The notes under the pieces were generated by a model that was not told the origin of the DNA, did not search any database, and saw nothing but the letters and a program-made list of their open reading frames with translations. A program made the translations under genes and the position numbers. Of a stretch of DNA of 64,000 nucleotides, positions 26,330-38,859 are shown piece by piece. The first letter of the stretch is position 1. Every line of letters starts with the position of its first letter. Source of the DNA: Selaginella moellendorffii (Eukaryota; Plantae; Lycopodiophyta); assembly GCF_000143415.4 (NCBI RefSeq), contig NW_003314281.1, positions 1,713,882 to 1,777,881 of the forward strand, given 5' to 3'.

Positions 26330-27560
26330 CTAACAATACATCAGTATGTGGCTCAACAAAAGCAACCTCCTTAGGAATTTTTTCACAAGATCTTGACAAG
26401 TTAAACCTATATGTTATTTAAAGGTGTAGACAAACTAAGATTTGAATTTGAAACTACTTGAATCTTGATTATCTTTTAAAATTACTTGATATCTATACAT
26501 ACATCCTTAAAAAGTATCATTTTCAATCCAATGTGCCATTTGTATAGATTTGAAGTTCTAGTTTATGCTATACAGACCAAACCAAACAAGTCCAATGGCA
26601 CCTCTTCCTGGCCATTGTCGCAGTAGCTAAGCATCACCATATTCCAGGACATAATGTTGTAGTGAGGCATCTAATTTAGCCGCCATTTTCAATATCTCTC
26701 AATCAACTCAATTTTTAGGATGTTAGATGCATAAGCATTTGCATGGCTAGATCTGGAACCTGGTGGTGACTTTAAAAATGTTTATCTATCTTATACTATA
26801 ATGATGTTTGTTCAAGTTTAGAAGACTGTTTTGTTGATATATAATTGTATACTATCAAACTAACCGCTAGTATGATCTTTACAAGTGATTCCATTCTGAA
26901 ATGACAAGTGATGCAATTGATATATCAGTATATGGGTCAACAAAAACAGCCTCCCTAGGAATTATTTTACTAGATTTGACCAAGAATCTGTCAAATTTTA
27001 TGACAAGTTAAACCTGTATGTTATTTAGAGGTGTATGTGTTTTTTTAATCAAAATAAGGTTTCGATACGATTGTCCCTCCTTAAAAAATATCATATTCAA
27101 TGCAAGGTGCCATTTCTCTAAGTTTGGAGGCATTATACTATAACAACATTTATTTAAGTTTAGAATACTTTTGTTGATATATAATTATGCTATTCACAAC
27201 CACTGCTAAGGTCTTTATAAATGATTCTATTCTGATGTGACAAGTGACATAATTGATACATCAGTATCTATCTCAACTAAAGCAACCTTCCTAGGACTTA
27301 TTTCAGAATATTTTACTAAGAATCAGTCAAATTCTATGACAGTTTATTTTAATTTGAAACTATTTAATATTATTAGCTTTTAAATTAATTAATATCTTTC
27401 TTCAAAAATATTATATTCATGCAAGGTGCTATTTGTCTAATATAATGACATTTACTCAAGTTTAGAAGACTTTTGTTGATATATAAATTTATACTATCCA
27501 AAACCAACCACTACTAAGATATTTATAAGTGATTCCATTTGAAGTGATAAGTGACACAAT
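26330..27560. repeat. Degenerate tandem repeats of ~320-bp units
   Basis: ATACATCAGTAT...CAACCTCCYTAGGA recurs at ~26336, 26919 and 27257. CAAGTTTAGAAGACT...TTGTTGATATATAA recurs at ~26813, 27155 and 27457. Confidence 0.7.
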
Positions 27561-30500
27561 CTATTTAATTAAGAAAGTTTCAAATTTTGAGAGTTTCAAT
27601 CCTTAAATCTTTTGTTAATTCAAACCTTAAAGTACATTTAAAACTTTGGTGTTGCAACTCAAAATAATGTGCTTCTGACTAGTGAATCTTCTGAAAGTCA
27701 ATTACAATATTATAATAATATTTTTATATTTTTATAGATAATAAAGCCCAACTCTGGATGAATTAAAATGGTTTCAGAGTTTTAAAAATAAGGATAAAAT
27801 AAATATTTAATACAGATAACATTACTTGTAATAAAATCTAACATTAATGTTCATAGTGAAAGAACTTTATAAATGGGTGAAAATAATAACATAAACTTGT
27901 AAAATGAATTATTTTGAATTTTTAATGGAGAATATTGTAGTAAGGATGCTTTGAATTAATGTCCTCAGAATTTAGGGATAAGAAAATTATTAACAATAAT
28001 GACACACATTTTTAGAGGTTTTATATCTATTTAAAAACCTTCTATACATACATTTAGGTTCTAATATTTTAACACTTTAATATTAACTTCTACTATAATA
28101 GAAATTTTAAGCATTTTAGTTTTGAAATTTATAGTTTTATATCTTACATTTCTTAGAAAAATTATTTTTGTTTATTACTAATTTTATTTAAGAAATTATT
28201 ATCTTTCTTTAAATAAAAAATATAATTAATTTTTTGTAGCTTATTGATTTTTATAAATTCAATATCTATAGATTGTGATGATGTGCTGATATAGAAAAAA
28301 ATATTTTTAGATTATTAGGGTTTTATATTTATACAAATAATCTGTGTTCTAGATTATGATGATGTCCTGATATATACTATATAAATTGTGATTATGATCT
28401 TCAGATAATAAATATTGCAATAAATATTAATCTATAAGGTTTCTACATATGGTATAAATATTTACTACATAGATATAACATAAATTATTTATATAAATAT
28501 AAAACTCTAATAATTTAAAATTATCTTTTCCCTTAGGGTTCTCTCATTGTTACAGATTCTTATATAGAATTATTTATTATTTTGAAAGTTGTGATGTAAT
28601 AGGGTAAAATAGTCCTCCATTATAGCTAGAGGAGCAGCTAGCAAACTATAAGATTATGGTATGCAATTGTGATTATAGTAGAAGTATCACATGTGTGACA
28701 CTAGTGAGTATAAAGGTTATGGTTATGGTCTTGTCAAGGTTGAGAAATAATTATATTAAAATTTTCTAATTGTCATTTATAATATTTTAAATATCAATTA
28801 ATTCTATATATCCCAAAAGCTTTAACCAATTTTTAAAAATTGTGCACTTTTATTTATATGCCCTTTTCCCTTTATATTTGAATTTTAATTATCAAGTCAT
28901 TCTTTTTTATTGTTTACAGCTTCCACTCTATAGTAAAAAGCCCATGTGGCAAAAGTGGCAAAGTGGGAAGATTTTCAAAAACAGCCATTGAACCATATTA
29001 AACATAATTTATAACAACAAAAAAAAAACACTATTGAATAGAATAGAATAGAAAGGAGATTTTACACTACCCAATAACTTATAAGCAATTGACACACATT
29101 ATATGCAATAAAAAGGTGTGTTAATACTCCTTAAGTTGGAAAGTTATATATGCCATGCATAACAACCATAGAAGACTTTTATTTTGCAAACAACATGTGA
29201 AGAGTGTGTTTATATAAAGTTTCATATAACACAAGTGAGTACACTACTAAATGATGAATGGAGAATATATGGACTAATCCTGAGAAAACAAGCATAAACC
29301 TCTTATTTTCCATCAACTCTGTATCATATATATAGAAAGAGAGTAAGGCTGAACTCACACACTTTTGAGAAAGTATAGAGAATGATTAGGTTGCATAAGG
29401 GCTTATAAACTTTTGAGCAAGCATTAGTTGAGAAAAAATATTCTATAGCATCTTGATGATAGTTTATAAGTTATAGTTAATCATATTAATCAAATCAAGT
29501 TGCACTTACTCCACTCAAGATGCTTGTCCTATCAAAATAAGCATTTTTCAGTGATCTTGTTAAAATAAATAAATGAACAAGTGTATGAAGGAGATATTTG
29601 TCATTTGAAAATCACATAATTTATGGCTGTTGAGATATATTTTTTCTTAAACAAATGATATTTCTAAATGATATTATGGTTGTTGACTCAGATCCTTTAT
29701 TTCGAGTTGATGATACTCTAGGGAACATTGTTATTTCACTAAACTTAATATTGAGGTATTAAATAATACCTATAATTAATACTGAAGTAGTAAGTTCATG
29801 TTGGTGGGAGGGTTTTACCACATTTCAGAGTAAAATGGATGAAATGATAGAATTTTTTGAAGGGATTGCATAAGTTTATTTAGACAATTTGTTAATCTAT
29901 ATTGATAGCACGTGATATGATCATTTGTGACATGTTGAATAAATGCTTCAATAACTTGAAAAACACTTTCTCCAACTCAAACTTCCAAAATGTTATTTTA
30001 GGCAAAACGTTTTGAGATATTTAATTTTTAAATACGAAGTGTAGCCAGATTTTGAAAAGATTGATGATTTTCTTTATCAAGGCCCTATCCTAGCTTTTGA
30101 AGTTATTAAAATGCTGATATTAATTAGTCTTTTGCATCTAATTATCATCTTAAGATAGATGTATAACTTTGTTGAACAATTGAATCAAATATTCAAAAGG
30201 CATAATTGTGAAGTATATGATGTCATATTTGCAAATTATTTATATACTAGCATCACAAAAGTCTACTGACATCTCTCTATTCCATGTATTATTTGGGGGG
30301 AGCCTCCTATTGTGGGTTTGATGTCAATTACCCTATGTTATCTAGAGTGGAAAACATGGTTAAAATATTTGAATTGAGTGTTGCCAACATCATGTGCATA
30401 ATTTTTAGAGTCATAGGCAAGGGCGAAAGAGTATTATAAGTAAACCTATGTTGAGTTATCAACAAAGTGATATAATGTTAGTGAAGTTTCCTCACCTTGG

Positions 30501-30908
30501 AGATTCCTCACCTTAGAACTGATCTATTATCCCTGTGGATTGGACCATATCAAGTGCATATGTCTTTTGGATTCTACCATTTTACCAACAATAATACTTG
30601 AAGGGGAAAATATATACTATATAGATATAGACAAAATTAGCTTGGCTATAAAATTAGTTTTAATGTTGAGATTCCCTATTTCATAACAAATAAAAGCATC
30701 TTTAATCTATGAGCTGCAATCTATCAACAATGTAGCTTGTCTATTTTGTTCATAATAGTCATCAAGAATTTTTCATGAAATTGTAATTCCTTTGATTATA
30801 CTTAAATTCAAGTTTGAAAGTTGTGATTATATGCTAATTATCCAAAATAACCTGAGATTTTCTCCTTTTTCATTTATATTAAATAAACGATGAATATTAT
30901 TGCTTCCA

Positions 30909-33071
30909 TTACAACTTTGATCTCTTATATGGTCCAAAGACCCCTTCTTGTGCAACTGAAATAACAAGCTGAAAAGAAAACAGTTTTAGAATAAGATAAT
31001 ATTTTGGATTTTTATTCTCACTTCGCCAGATTGAGTGTACATATGTCCAGTTGCAAAGCCACGTCCATTACCAGCAAAAGGACTTTCCATCTGAAAAAGA
31101 TCATATAATAAAAAACAATATCAGGACAGCGTACTAACCACAAATAATAGCCATTCATCTGCTCTGAAAGGTTGATGGAACCACATCCTATACGAAAACG
31201 TATAAAAACATGGTAACAACCAAAAAGAGTAATAAATGCTTACGAGTGGTCTAAGCTCAAAATTCTAAATCTCTGCCCTGATGATGTTCTCAAAGGTCTC
31301 AGAGCCGTCCCAATGAATTGAGAGTCAGAAGCATAAGCAGCAACACAACTATATGAAAAATTTAAAGACTTTACCAGTAATGTAAACGTAGAATAATAAC
31401 ATACCAGTGAAGGGATTGATCGTCTGAGAGTTTTTGACGTGCTTTTAGCCACACTCGCTGCCTAAAAAAGAAAAATAGAAAAGGACATTAAACCTTAAAA
31501 CAGAAAAAAGAAAAGAAAGAAAGGAAATACCTCGGTTCAAGTTGAGTAGGATTTACAAGATCGACTGGATCACAAAGTCGCACTTCCATGGGATATTGTA
31601 GATGTGGAGCCGCTGCAAGCTTCTTCTTTATACGCCTGCCAAGGATATTAGAACCAAACATTGCCTACCTTTAAGAATCTTACAAGGGAATTCGGGCGTC
31701 TACTCGGTATCTTTGCTCAAGAACTTCTCTAGGCAAAACCTGCAAACTCAGAAAGAAACTCAAGACCATGCTCTAGAAAATAAAAGAATTACATCCTCGG
31801 GTCGAGGTGCTTCAGGCATGTCTCGTTGGTGCTCCAAACTTTTCTCTAATCTCTATGACAAAAGAATTGTGATCAACTTGAAAAAGATATGATGTAAATC
31901 TTACCTGGAAGGAGGCAGTCAGCCTGAAAATCTCTTGTCCTCTTTGCATTGCTCTGACGCACCTTGTTGCAAACCTGTGGCCATCTCGTACTCTTTCCAC
32001 TTGGTACATTATAGGCACTGCATCAGAGTTTTAGCTTTCTTCCTTCCAAGTTAGTTCTAACACAAACTGCCTACGAGCTTCATCTCCAGCCACGAGGAAA
32101 TTAGAGTGCAGACTGTGCACAAGAAGGGAAGGATCCACGGATTTACAAGCGGCTGCCAAAGCCTATCGAAAGGAAGAAAACGAAAAGAAGGAAAGAAAAA
32201 CAGAGTTCAAAGATTGTAAAACTAGTTACCTGGCCAATAAGTTGTCCACCAAAGACACGCCCAGTTTCAGAGGGATACGCAGTAAGACCACGATACAAGT
32301 CAACCTGGAAGAGCACAGATGAAAAAAGCCGATGTGGCCATTGAAGCTTACATCCAGCTTGTCCAGCTCAAGAACTCTCTCCACCGTAGCCACATCCTTT
32401 CTTTGATTGTCAGTCCATATAGAGTCCGAAGACACCAAGGCATGGTGTTCATGTGTGAGCACTAAGCATATCACCTGAGAAAAACAACATAAATCCTTAT
32501 CAAAATCTAGAAAGGAAAGGAAAGCATGAAGACCTCATCAACAGCAACAACATCAGCCTTGTGGATCTCTTGGAGATGTTCCGGACAAACTGTGGAGAAC
32601 AGATCGAGCAAAAGTTACCTCCAGGAGCAAACTCACCACTTCCAAAGTAGTCTCCTGGTTTTAATATCAAAGTGTTGCTCACACCAGCGACTTCAGCCTA
32701 ACGAGATCGAACAAACTTTTGATGAGGGAAAAAAAAAAGCTTTTAGAACTTCACCTCTCCTTTCCAGACAATGTAAAATCCTTCTCCCGCCTCGCCTTCT
32801 CTCACCAGCGTCTCACCAGGAGCTACAGAAGGATTAGAGAAAGGGAGGAAAGAAAAAGCTTCCCTTGTACTATACCAAAACGCATTGGCTTGAGAGCGTG
32901 AGCGATTTTCTTGATCAATCCGGCAGGGAGCTGCTGGAGCAGTGGAACAGAGCCTAGGAATTCCATGGCTGGGCGCGCAAAGTAAACGCTAGCATTCGAA
33001 AACAACTCAAGGAAAAGAGTACCTTGCTCCACGCTGACGTCCTTGTCGCCAATTGTGAACAAGATAGCCAT
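30909..33071 (-). CDS. Peroxisomal acyl-CoA thioesterase with cNMP-binding domain, copy 2
   Basis: MAILFTIGDKDVSVEQ|AMEFLGSVPLLQQL, PIMYQVERVRDGHRFATRCVRAMQRG, CVAAYASD, SLDHS, ends AQEGVFGPYKRSKL* (PTS1). Confidence 0.88.
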
Positions 33072-33246
33072 TGGCGGAAGAACCCTAAGCCTCGGCAGTG
33101 GATAAAAGTGCTCAAGCAAGCTAGCCGATAACAAAGGAAAGCATGACATACGACGCGGACTTTTGCGGATCCAAGGGATGCTTGAGTGAAGACCGTTCTT
33201 AAGTCACGCAGCCTTGCGATGATGCTGAGAAAGGTGGCTTCATTCC

Positions 33247-33720
33247 TTAGACTGGTTTGTGGAAGAACAGCAGTGCGAGCATCTCCTGGAAAGCCACCAA
33301 AGTCTTCTCCTTCCGAGACATCACAGTCCACGTTGCTACGACTTTCCGCTCGATCTGGTCGAAAGTTTCCCTCGCATCGTCCAGACTTTTGTACCTCCCA
33401 TACATGTTGACGAGCGCAGTGCCAATGCCGGATGCCAAGTTCGCCCAAGCACCCGTGAACTTTTGGCGCAGACTCGAGAAGGTGATCTTGTCCAGGAAAA
33501 CACTGCTCTCGAGCTTCTTCCTGGCCACACTGCTCGTATCTCCTCTCTATCCAAAAGAACATCTCCCTCACACCCTCCATGCTTCCACATTTCCTATACA
33601 TCTCCACAAGTTTCAAGTTTCCAGAGTTTTGGAGGTTGATCTCATTCTTGGAACGCTGTGCTTGCAGCTCTCCAATTCACGAGAATGTTGCTCGACGGCA
33701 TTGGACCTGACTGTGTGACG
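33247..33720 (-). pseudogene. PPR gene fragment
   Basis: KLVEMYRKCGSMEGVREMF and GTALVNMYGRYKSLDDARETFDQIERKVVATWTVM in different frames; truncated. Confidence 0.8.
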
Positions 33721-34242
33721 TTCTCTACGGTTGTGAGCTGGTGCAAGTCCAGCAGTAGATTTTTTTTATGTTTTCGTTATCCTCATTTCGTTTTCTCATC
33801 AGAGAATCCACCGTAAACATCGAACTGAAAAGACGTGTAACTCCCGACTTGCAAAGAAGTGTAACGTTTGAAAAAAGAATCAAAAAGAAGAGAGAGAGAG
33901 AAGCGTCATCTACGTTGTCTTTCGATTCGATCACGAGTGATCCAAGGCTGCCATAAAACTTGTCTATCTTCTTCCTTGAGATGAGTAAGAAAGAAACAAA
34001 AAGTGAAGTTAGCAGAAAAAAAAAAGAACAAACGACTTCTTCACACACAAGCTACAAGAAAATGCAGGCATGATCACATCTCGAACAGACAAATCCACAA
34101 AACCTCTTCACTATCATCTGGTTGAGCTTTGATGTTCTCGCGAACCGCTTCCTCAAAACTGTAGCAAAAAGAACTTCGTTTCCTCTTTTTTACCTGAGTG
34201 CTGCGCGCGAAAGGATTTCCTCAAAGAAAATTTTTACTAAAA

Positions 34243-34545
34243 GGATATCGGGCCTCCTTGGGCGCCCTGGGTACCAAGCGCTATCCGGTAGATCACGGTG
34301 GGGTTGACCATACCGACTTAGCACTACTGGGTCACCGACGAGGGGGGCCAAGTGGTCAAGGGTCAGCGACCCCATTTACTAAGCAACCCGAGTAACCATA
34401 CCTGCCACTCCATTTCTTTTATACCGGTGTTCCTCTACTGCACCTTGGCTGGTGGGATAGGTTTTCAGCTTACATGGCACAATACCCGCATCTCCGGGAT
34501 GACTAGGATTGTTGGTTGTCAACCTGGCATTATCCTATGGTAAGA
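34243..34545 (+). repeat. GC-rich ~300-bp non-coding element abutting PPR 3' ends; copies at ~40509-40790 (-), ~46372-46694 (-) and a fragment at 37082-37110
   Basis: GATATCGGGCCTCCTTGGGCGCCCTGGGTACCAAGCGCTATCCGGTAG...GGTCAGCGACCCCATTTACTAA is nearly identical in three places. Confidence 0.85.
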
Positions 34546-34547
34546 GT

Positions 34548-36548
34548 TTAGTTCCAAGAGCTCGCAAGTAAAATATAAGTAGCACCATTGGATGAATCCT
34601 TACCCAGCAATTTTCCAGCCGACATTTCCACAACCTTTGCATTTCGATGGATTCTCGATGCTCCCAGAAGAATCATCCACAGGCCCGGCTGTGGAACAAA
34701 TGGCATGAATTCCACCACTTCCATGGCTCGCTCCAGCTGACCGGCTCGCCCCATTGCGTCAACCAAGCAGTAGTAATGCTCGATCCTGGGAGAGATCCCA
34801 AAGTCTGCGATCATGGACAAAAAACCTCGGCAACACTGCTCGAGCTGGCTCGCTGCCGCTGCTAGAATTGTCGTGAAGATGATCTCGTCTGGCTTGAAAG
34901 CCAGCATGATCATCTCTCGAAAGAGATCCAGTGCCTCGCTCACGCGTCCGTTCTGGACATAGGCCGCAATGATCGAGCTCCATGTCGTGACCTCCTGCTG
35001 CTTTTCAAACCGCTCAAATGCTGTTCTCGAGGATTGAACGTAGCCATGCTGTGCGAGCGCCAAGATCACGGTGATGAGAGCTACTTGGTTGCGATCTGGC
35101 ATTGTTTCGTAGATGTCCATGGCACTCGCAAGTTGGCCATCCTGTGCATAAGCTTGCATCATTACAGTGGATGTCACAGCGTTTATCTCTGGCATTTCGA
35201 CGAAGATCTTCACTGCTTCCTCGGATAATCGGCAGCTGACCAATGAGGACAAGAGAGTGTTGTAAGACACCAGGTTGTGGCCAGGCATTTGCTCAAAGAA
35301 ATCTTTGCAGTGGTGGACGTCGGGTGCGTAGCAAGCGAGCATGGTGTTCCAGGAGACCATGTCCAGGCACGGCAAAGAATCAAACACCGCTCGAGCTTTG
35401 TCGATCTTGGAGTGATTGGCGTATAAGACAATCATGTTGGTCCAGGCTGACAAGCAACTGGGATCGTCGAGTGTGGTTTCTCGCATGATCTGAAACAAAC
35501 TCTCGCCATCTTGTACATGCCCAAACCGTGCAAATGCTTGAAGCATCACGCTCCAGGTGATTGAGCTTCGCTCTGGCATAATCGCAAACAGTCGTTTCGC
35601 CTCGTTAAGGCTACATGCGTCCGCGTAAGTTTTCAGCATAGTTGTCCAGGAAATCACGCTTCTACAAGGCATCGAATCAAACAGTGCCTTTGCTCCTTCC
35701 AAATCTCCCATTCTGGAATAACCCTGCAAGACAGCATTCCAAGAAATCTCGTTGCGCTCCGGCATGGCAACCGAAAACACCGATTCCAGGGCCTCTTCCA
35801 GCCCCAACTGAAGAAACACAAGCAAGATGGAGTTCCACGAGACAACATTGCGAGCGGGCATTCCGTCAAAAAACTCTTTTGCCAAAGACAAATCCCCAGC
35901 CTGAGCAAATGCCGAGATTATAGCGTTCCAAGCAGCTAATGTTCTTGCGCCTACGCTCTGGAACACGGCCATAGCCTTGCCTGTGTTGCCACTGAGAGCA
36001 TAGGAAGAGATCATAGTGGTCCACGTGTACTCATCGTGAACGGGCATGATTTGAAAGAGCTCCTCGGCTTCACTATAATGCCCGGTCTGGGCATATGCGC
36101 AAATCATGGAGTTCCACGACACCACGTTCCTCACGGGCATACTCTCGAACATACACTGTGCGAGATCCACAAGGCCGTGCTCGGCGTAGGCATTCATCAT
36201 AGCCGTCCACGCTACCACGTCCTTGGACGGCATCCTGTCAAAGACCCAGCGAGCGTCGTCCAGATGCCCCCTGTGGGCATATGCCTGGAGGAGGATATTC
36301 CAGGAGAAGGAATTGGGATCTTTGATCCCGGCGAAGACGGAGAGGGCACGCTCGAGGCTGCCGCAGCGTGCGTACATCTGGACGAGGAGATTGGCGAGGT
36401 AGCGATCGTCGCGGCATTGCGCGCAGCTCTGGATCGAGGCGTGGAGCAGCGCGCCGCGATCGAGGGTCTTGACATTGGCAATCCTGCGAGCAAAATCTTC
36501 TACTTGCTGCTCGTTTGCGCGAGAAGGAAGAGAGGAGGAATGGATCAT
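34548..36548 (-). CDS. PLS-class PPR protein with E domain (organellar RNA-editing factor type), intact copy A
   Basis: Intronless 666-aa ORF of tandem short PPR motifs (VVSWNSMICAYAQTG) ending HYYCLVDAMGRAGQLERA...MPFVPQPGLWMILLGA...TYILLAS; no DYW. Confidence 0.92.
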   Translation of the reverse strand: MIHSSSLPSRANEQQVEDFARRIANVKTLDRGALLHASIQSCAQCRDDRYLANLLVQMYARCGSLERALSVFAGIKDPNSFSWNILLQAYAHRGHLDDARWVFDRMPSKDVVAWTAMMNAYAEHGLVDLAQCMFESMPVRNVVSWNSMICAYAQTGHYSEAEELFQIMPVHDEYTWTTMISSYALSGNTGKAMAVFQSVGARTLAAWNAIISAFAQAGDLSLAKEFFDGMPARNVVSWNSILLVFLQLGLEEALESVFSVAMPERNEISWNAVLQGYSRMGDLEGAKALFDSMPCRSVISWTTMLKTYADACSLNEAKRLFAIMPERSSITWSVMLQAFARFGHVQDGESLFQIMRETTLDDPSCLSAWTNMIVLYANHSKIDKARAVFDSLPCLDMVSWNTMLACYAPDVHHCKDFFEQMPGHNLVSYNTLLSSLVSCRLSEEAVKIFVEMPEINAVTSTVMMQAYAQDGQLASAMDIYETMPDRNQVALITVILALAQHGYVQSSRTAFERFEKQQEVTTWSSIIAAYVQNGRVSEALDLFREMIMLAFKPDEIIFTTILAAAASQLEQCCRGFLSMIADFGISPRIEHYYCLVDAMGRAGQLERAMEVVEFMPFVPQPGLWMILLGASRIHRNAKVVEMSAGKLLGKDSSNGATYILLASSWN

Positions 36549-36600
36549 CCATCCAAACTTGCCAATTCCCTCACATTTGAATTTAGGGCTCCTCTGTGCT

Positions 36601-37026
36601 ATGGTTTGGAGCTGTTCTTCCGTCCTCGGCCACGCGAATGTTGGCTCTGGGAAAAGACGCTAGAGCAGCAGCTGGAATTCTCATGTTTGCGTCCGGGGAT
36701 TGGTCTCCAGTGCTGAGATTAAGCTTCTCAGGAGCAGACTCAGACGAATTCGTCCAGAGAAGAAGCTCTTCGGTGGAGATGGAACATTTGCAAGAAACCA
36801 AGTTCGTCATTCCCCTGGAACAACAAAAGAGAAAAGATGATCTATCCAAAAAACATATACCTTGGATTGGATCAACGCTCTGGCCTGCTTGACGCCTTGG
36901 TGCTACGCAAATCGATGCCCCGGCACAGCACAGAGACGCGGTGCTTGTAAGCCTCGAACATTTCTTCCTCCTCTGCAGAGCTTCTCGGATCAAACAGAGT
37001 CGATCGATAAGCTTTTCGTTTTCCTG
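36601..37026 (+). pseudogene. Rearranged 5' fragments of the PhyH dioxygenase gene (copy A)
   Basis: MVWSCSSVLGHANVGSGKR matches the start of the 37616..38804 gene; internal deletions and an inverted exon piece. Confidence 0.8.
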
Positions 37027-37184
37027 GATGAAGATTTAAATGTTCAAAACGTTAATCCTGAAAGAATGGCGCTTGTATCCCTAAATGGGGTCGCTGACCC
37101 TTGACCACTTCCCCTCTGGGTCGTCAGTCAACGCCACCGACAATCTTCCGAGGCCTAACTGGATTTTGGTTTAAAGCGCTGTTA

Positions 37185-37514
37185 TTTTTACAGACATCAA
37201 AATAGTATGGATCATTTCAGACCAAATGGTAGATGCGAGCTCCAATCTCATTTGCATCTTATTCTATTCTATCTTATTTGCATCACATTGTTTCTGCCAC
37301 GATAGCAATAAGGAAACAAAAACTTTCGTTTATTGTTTTCAGGTACTTTGTGCTTGATGCGTGATTCATCAGGTCCAGTGCTCGTCTCCGGCCACTTTCG
37401 AAGACAAGGAGCGGTATTCTCTATAGTTTTCTTCTTCCTCCAACGTTCGCATTTCGTTTATAGCTGGTGGTTTCTGCAGCACAGGAAGAAAAGAAGCTGG
37501 AATCCAGGCAGTGA
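37185..37514 (+). pseudogene. 3' fragment of acyl-CoA thioesterase (derived from copy 3)
   Basis: TTTTTACAGACATCAAAATAGTATGGATCATT and CTGGTGGTTTCTGCAGCACAGGAAG...AAGCTGGAATCCAGGCAGTGA match the reverse complement of 54585-54960. Confidence 0.8.
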
Positions 37515-37615
37515 CAAAAGCCAAAGTCTGAGAACTACGTTTGGTCCGCTCGTTTTGGCCTGAGGAACGACGAGAAAAGAGGATGGGAAGCAACTATCAC
37601 AGAAACCATACAATA

Positions 37616-38804
37616 TCAAACGAAGCCGTTGTTGTAAACTAGAGGAAGAAGCTTGTGGCGAACAACTTGTCCTTCTTTTACGTCCTTGAACCAGCCTCCA
37701 AAGCTTACCAAGTCTTCATCCTGGACTTTCCTCCTGCGTGAGCGTGATCATGAGATAAAAACAAACACCGCAAACAAAAACCAAAGACCTTGCGTGTTTT
37801 GTGCTCAGCAAGCGCGCTCCATCGCCAAAGTAGCTCACTGTCCATGCAAGACGAGAGGAGGAGCTACTAGCTGGTTGCTCGGGCGCAAAGTGCAAGGTCC
37901 AGCCATGGTGGACAGTCCTGGATTCACAAAGATACAAACTCATGGAACTCAAGAGAAAAAAAAACTACTTACGCGTCTCCAGCAGCGAGTTCTCTGTAAG
38001 TTTCGATCGAGTATCCCCTTCGCTCCAAGTTGTCCATCCCTCTGTTGGATTGCCAATACGGCAGAGCAAAGTCCGTGTGAGACGCGGACGCAAAGTGGAG
38101 CGTGGAGTCTGTTTGTGACAGTGAATGGAGTGGAATCCAAAACGTGAGAAAGGAGTTCGTGTCGAGCGGGACCATGTTGAGGTCCGAGTGCCAGTTTGTG
38201 ACACTGAATCCTGGGAGCTTGATGAAGAGACAATCCTGGTACAAACGAACCTACGAATCCAGAGACGAAGTTCTTACGTTTGTTCTTAGAAGAAGGAAAA
38301 CGAAAAGCTTATCGATCGACTCTGTTTGATCCGAGGAGCTCTGCTGCGGCCTGGCAGACTCGAGGGTGAAAGACGAATTCGTCCAGAGAAGAAGCTCTTC
38401 GGTGGAGATGGAACATTTGCAAGAAACCAAGCTCGTCATTCCCCTGGAACAACAAGAGAGAAAAGATGATCGAAAACTTCTAATCCAAAAAACTATAGAA
38501 ACTTATATACCTTGGATTGGATCAACGCTCTGGCTTGCTTGACGCTTTGGACGCTACGCAAATCGATGCCCGGGCACAGCACCGAGACGCGGTGCTTGTA
38601 AGCCGCGAGCCTTTCTTCCTCCTTGCAGATTTGTGCCTGGATCCTCTGCCTGAGAAGCTTAACCTCAGCGCTGGAGAACAATCCCCGGATGCAAACATGC
38701 CCCTTCCTCGCGAATTCCAGCTGCTGCTCCAGCGACACGACCGTGCTTCTTTTTCCAGAGCCCACATTCGCGTGGCCGGGGAGGGAAGAACAGCTCCAAA
38801 CCAT
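37616..38804 (-). CDS. Phytanoyl-CoA dioxygenase (PhyH)-family 2OG-Fe(II) oxygenase, apparently intact
   Basis: FARKGHVCIRGLFS, FLQMFHLHR, VRLYQDCLFIKLPGFSVTNWHSDLNMVPLDTN (HxD), GDATVHHGWTLHFAP (distal His), RLAWTVSYF; five exons. One donor (GTCGAT) is non-consensus and the start codon is uncertain. Confidence 0.82.
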
Positions 38805-38859
38805 AGCACACAGGAGCCCTAAATTCAAATGTGAGGGGCAAATTGGCAAGTTTGGATGG

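Noticed and set aside
27600-30800. Specific transposase call for the AT-rich spacer
   Set aside because: Too decayed to assign by eye.
34248-34330. Definite HDV-like ribozyme
   Set aside because: No matching P1 5' strand, a short L3 and an atypical J4/2; kept only as a weak hint in the findings.
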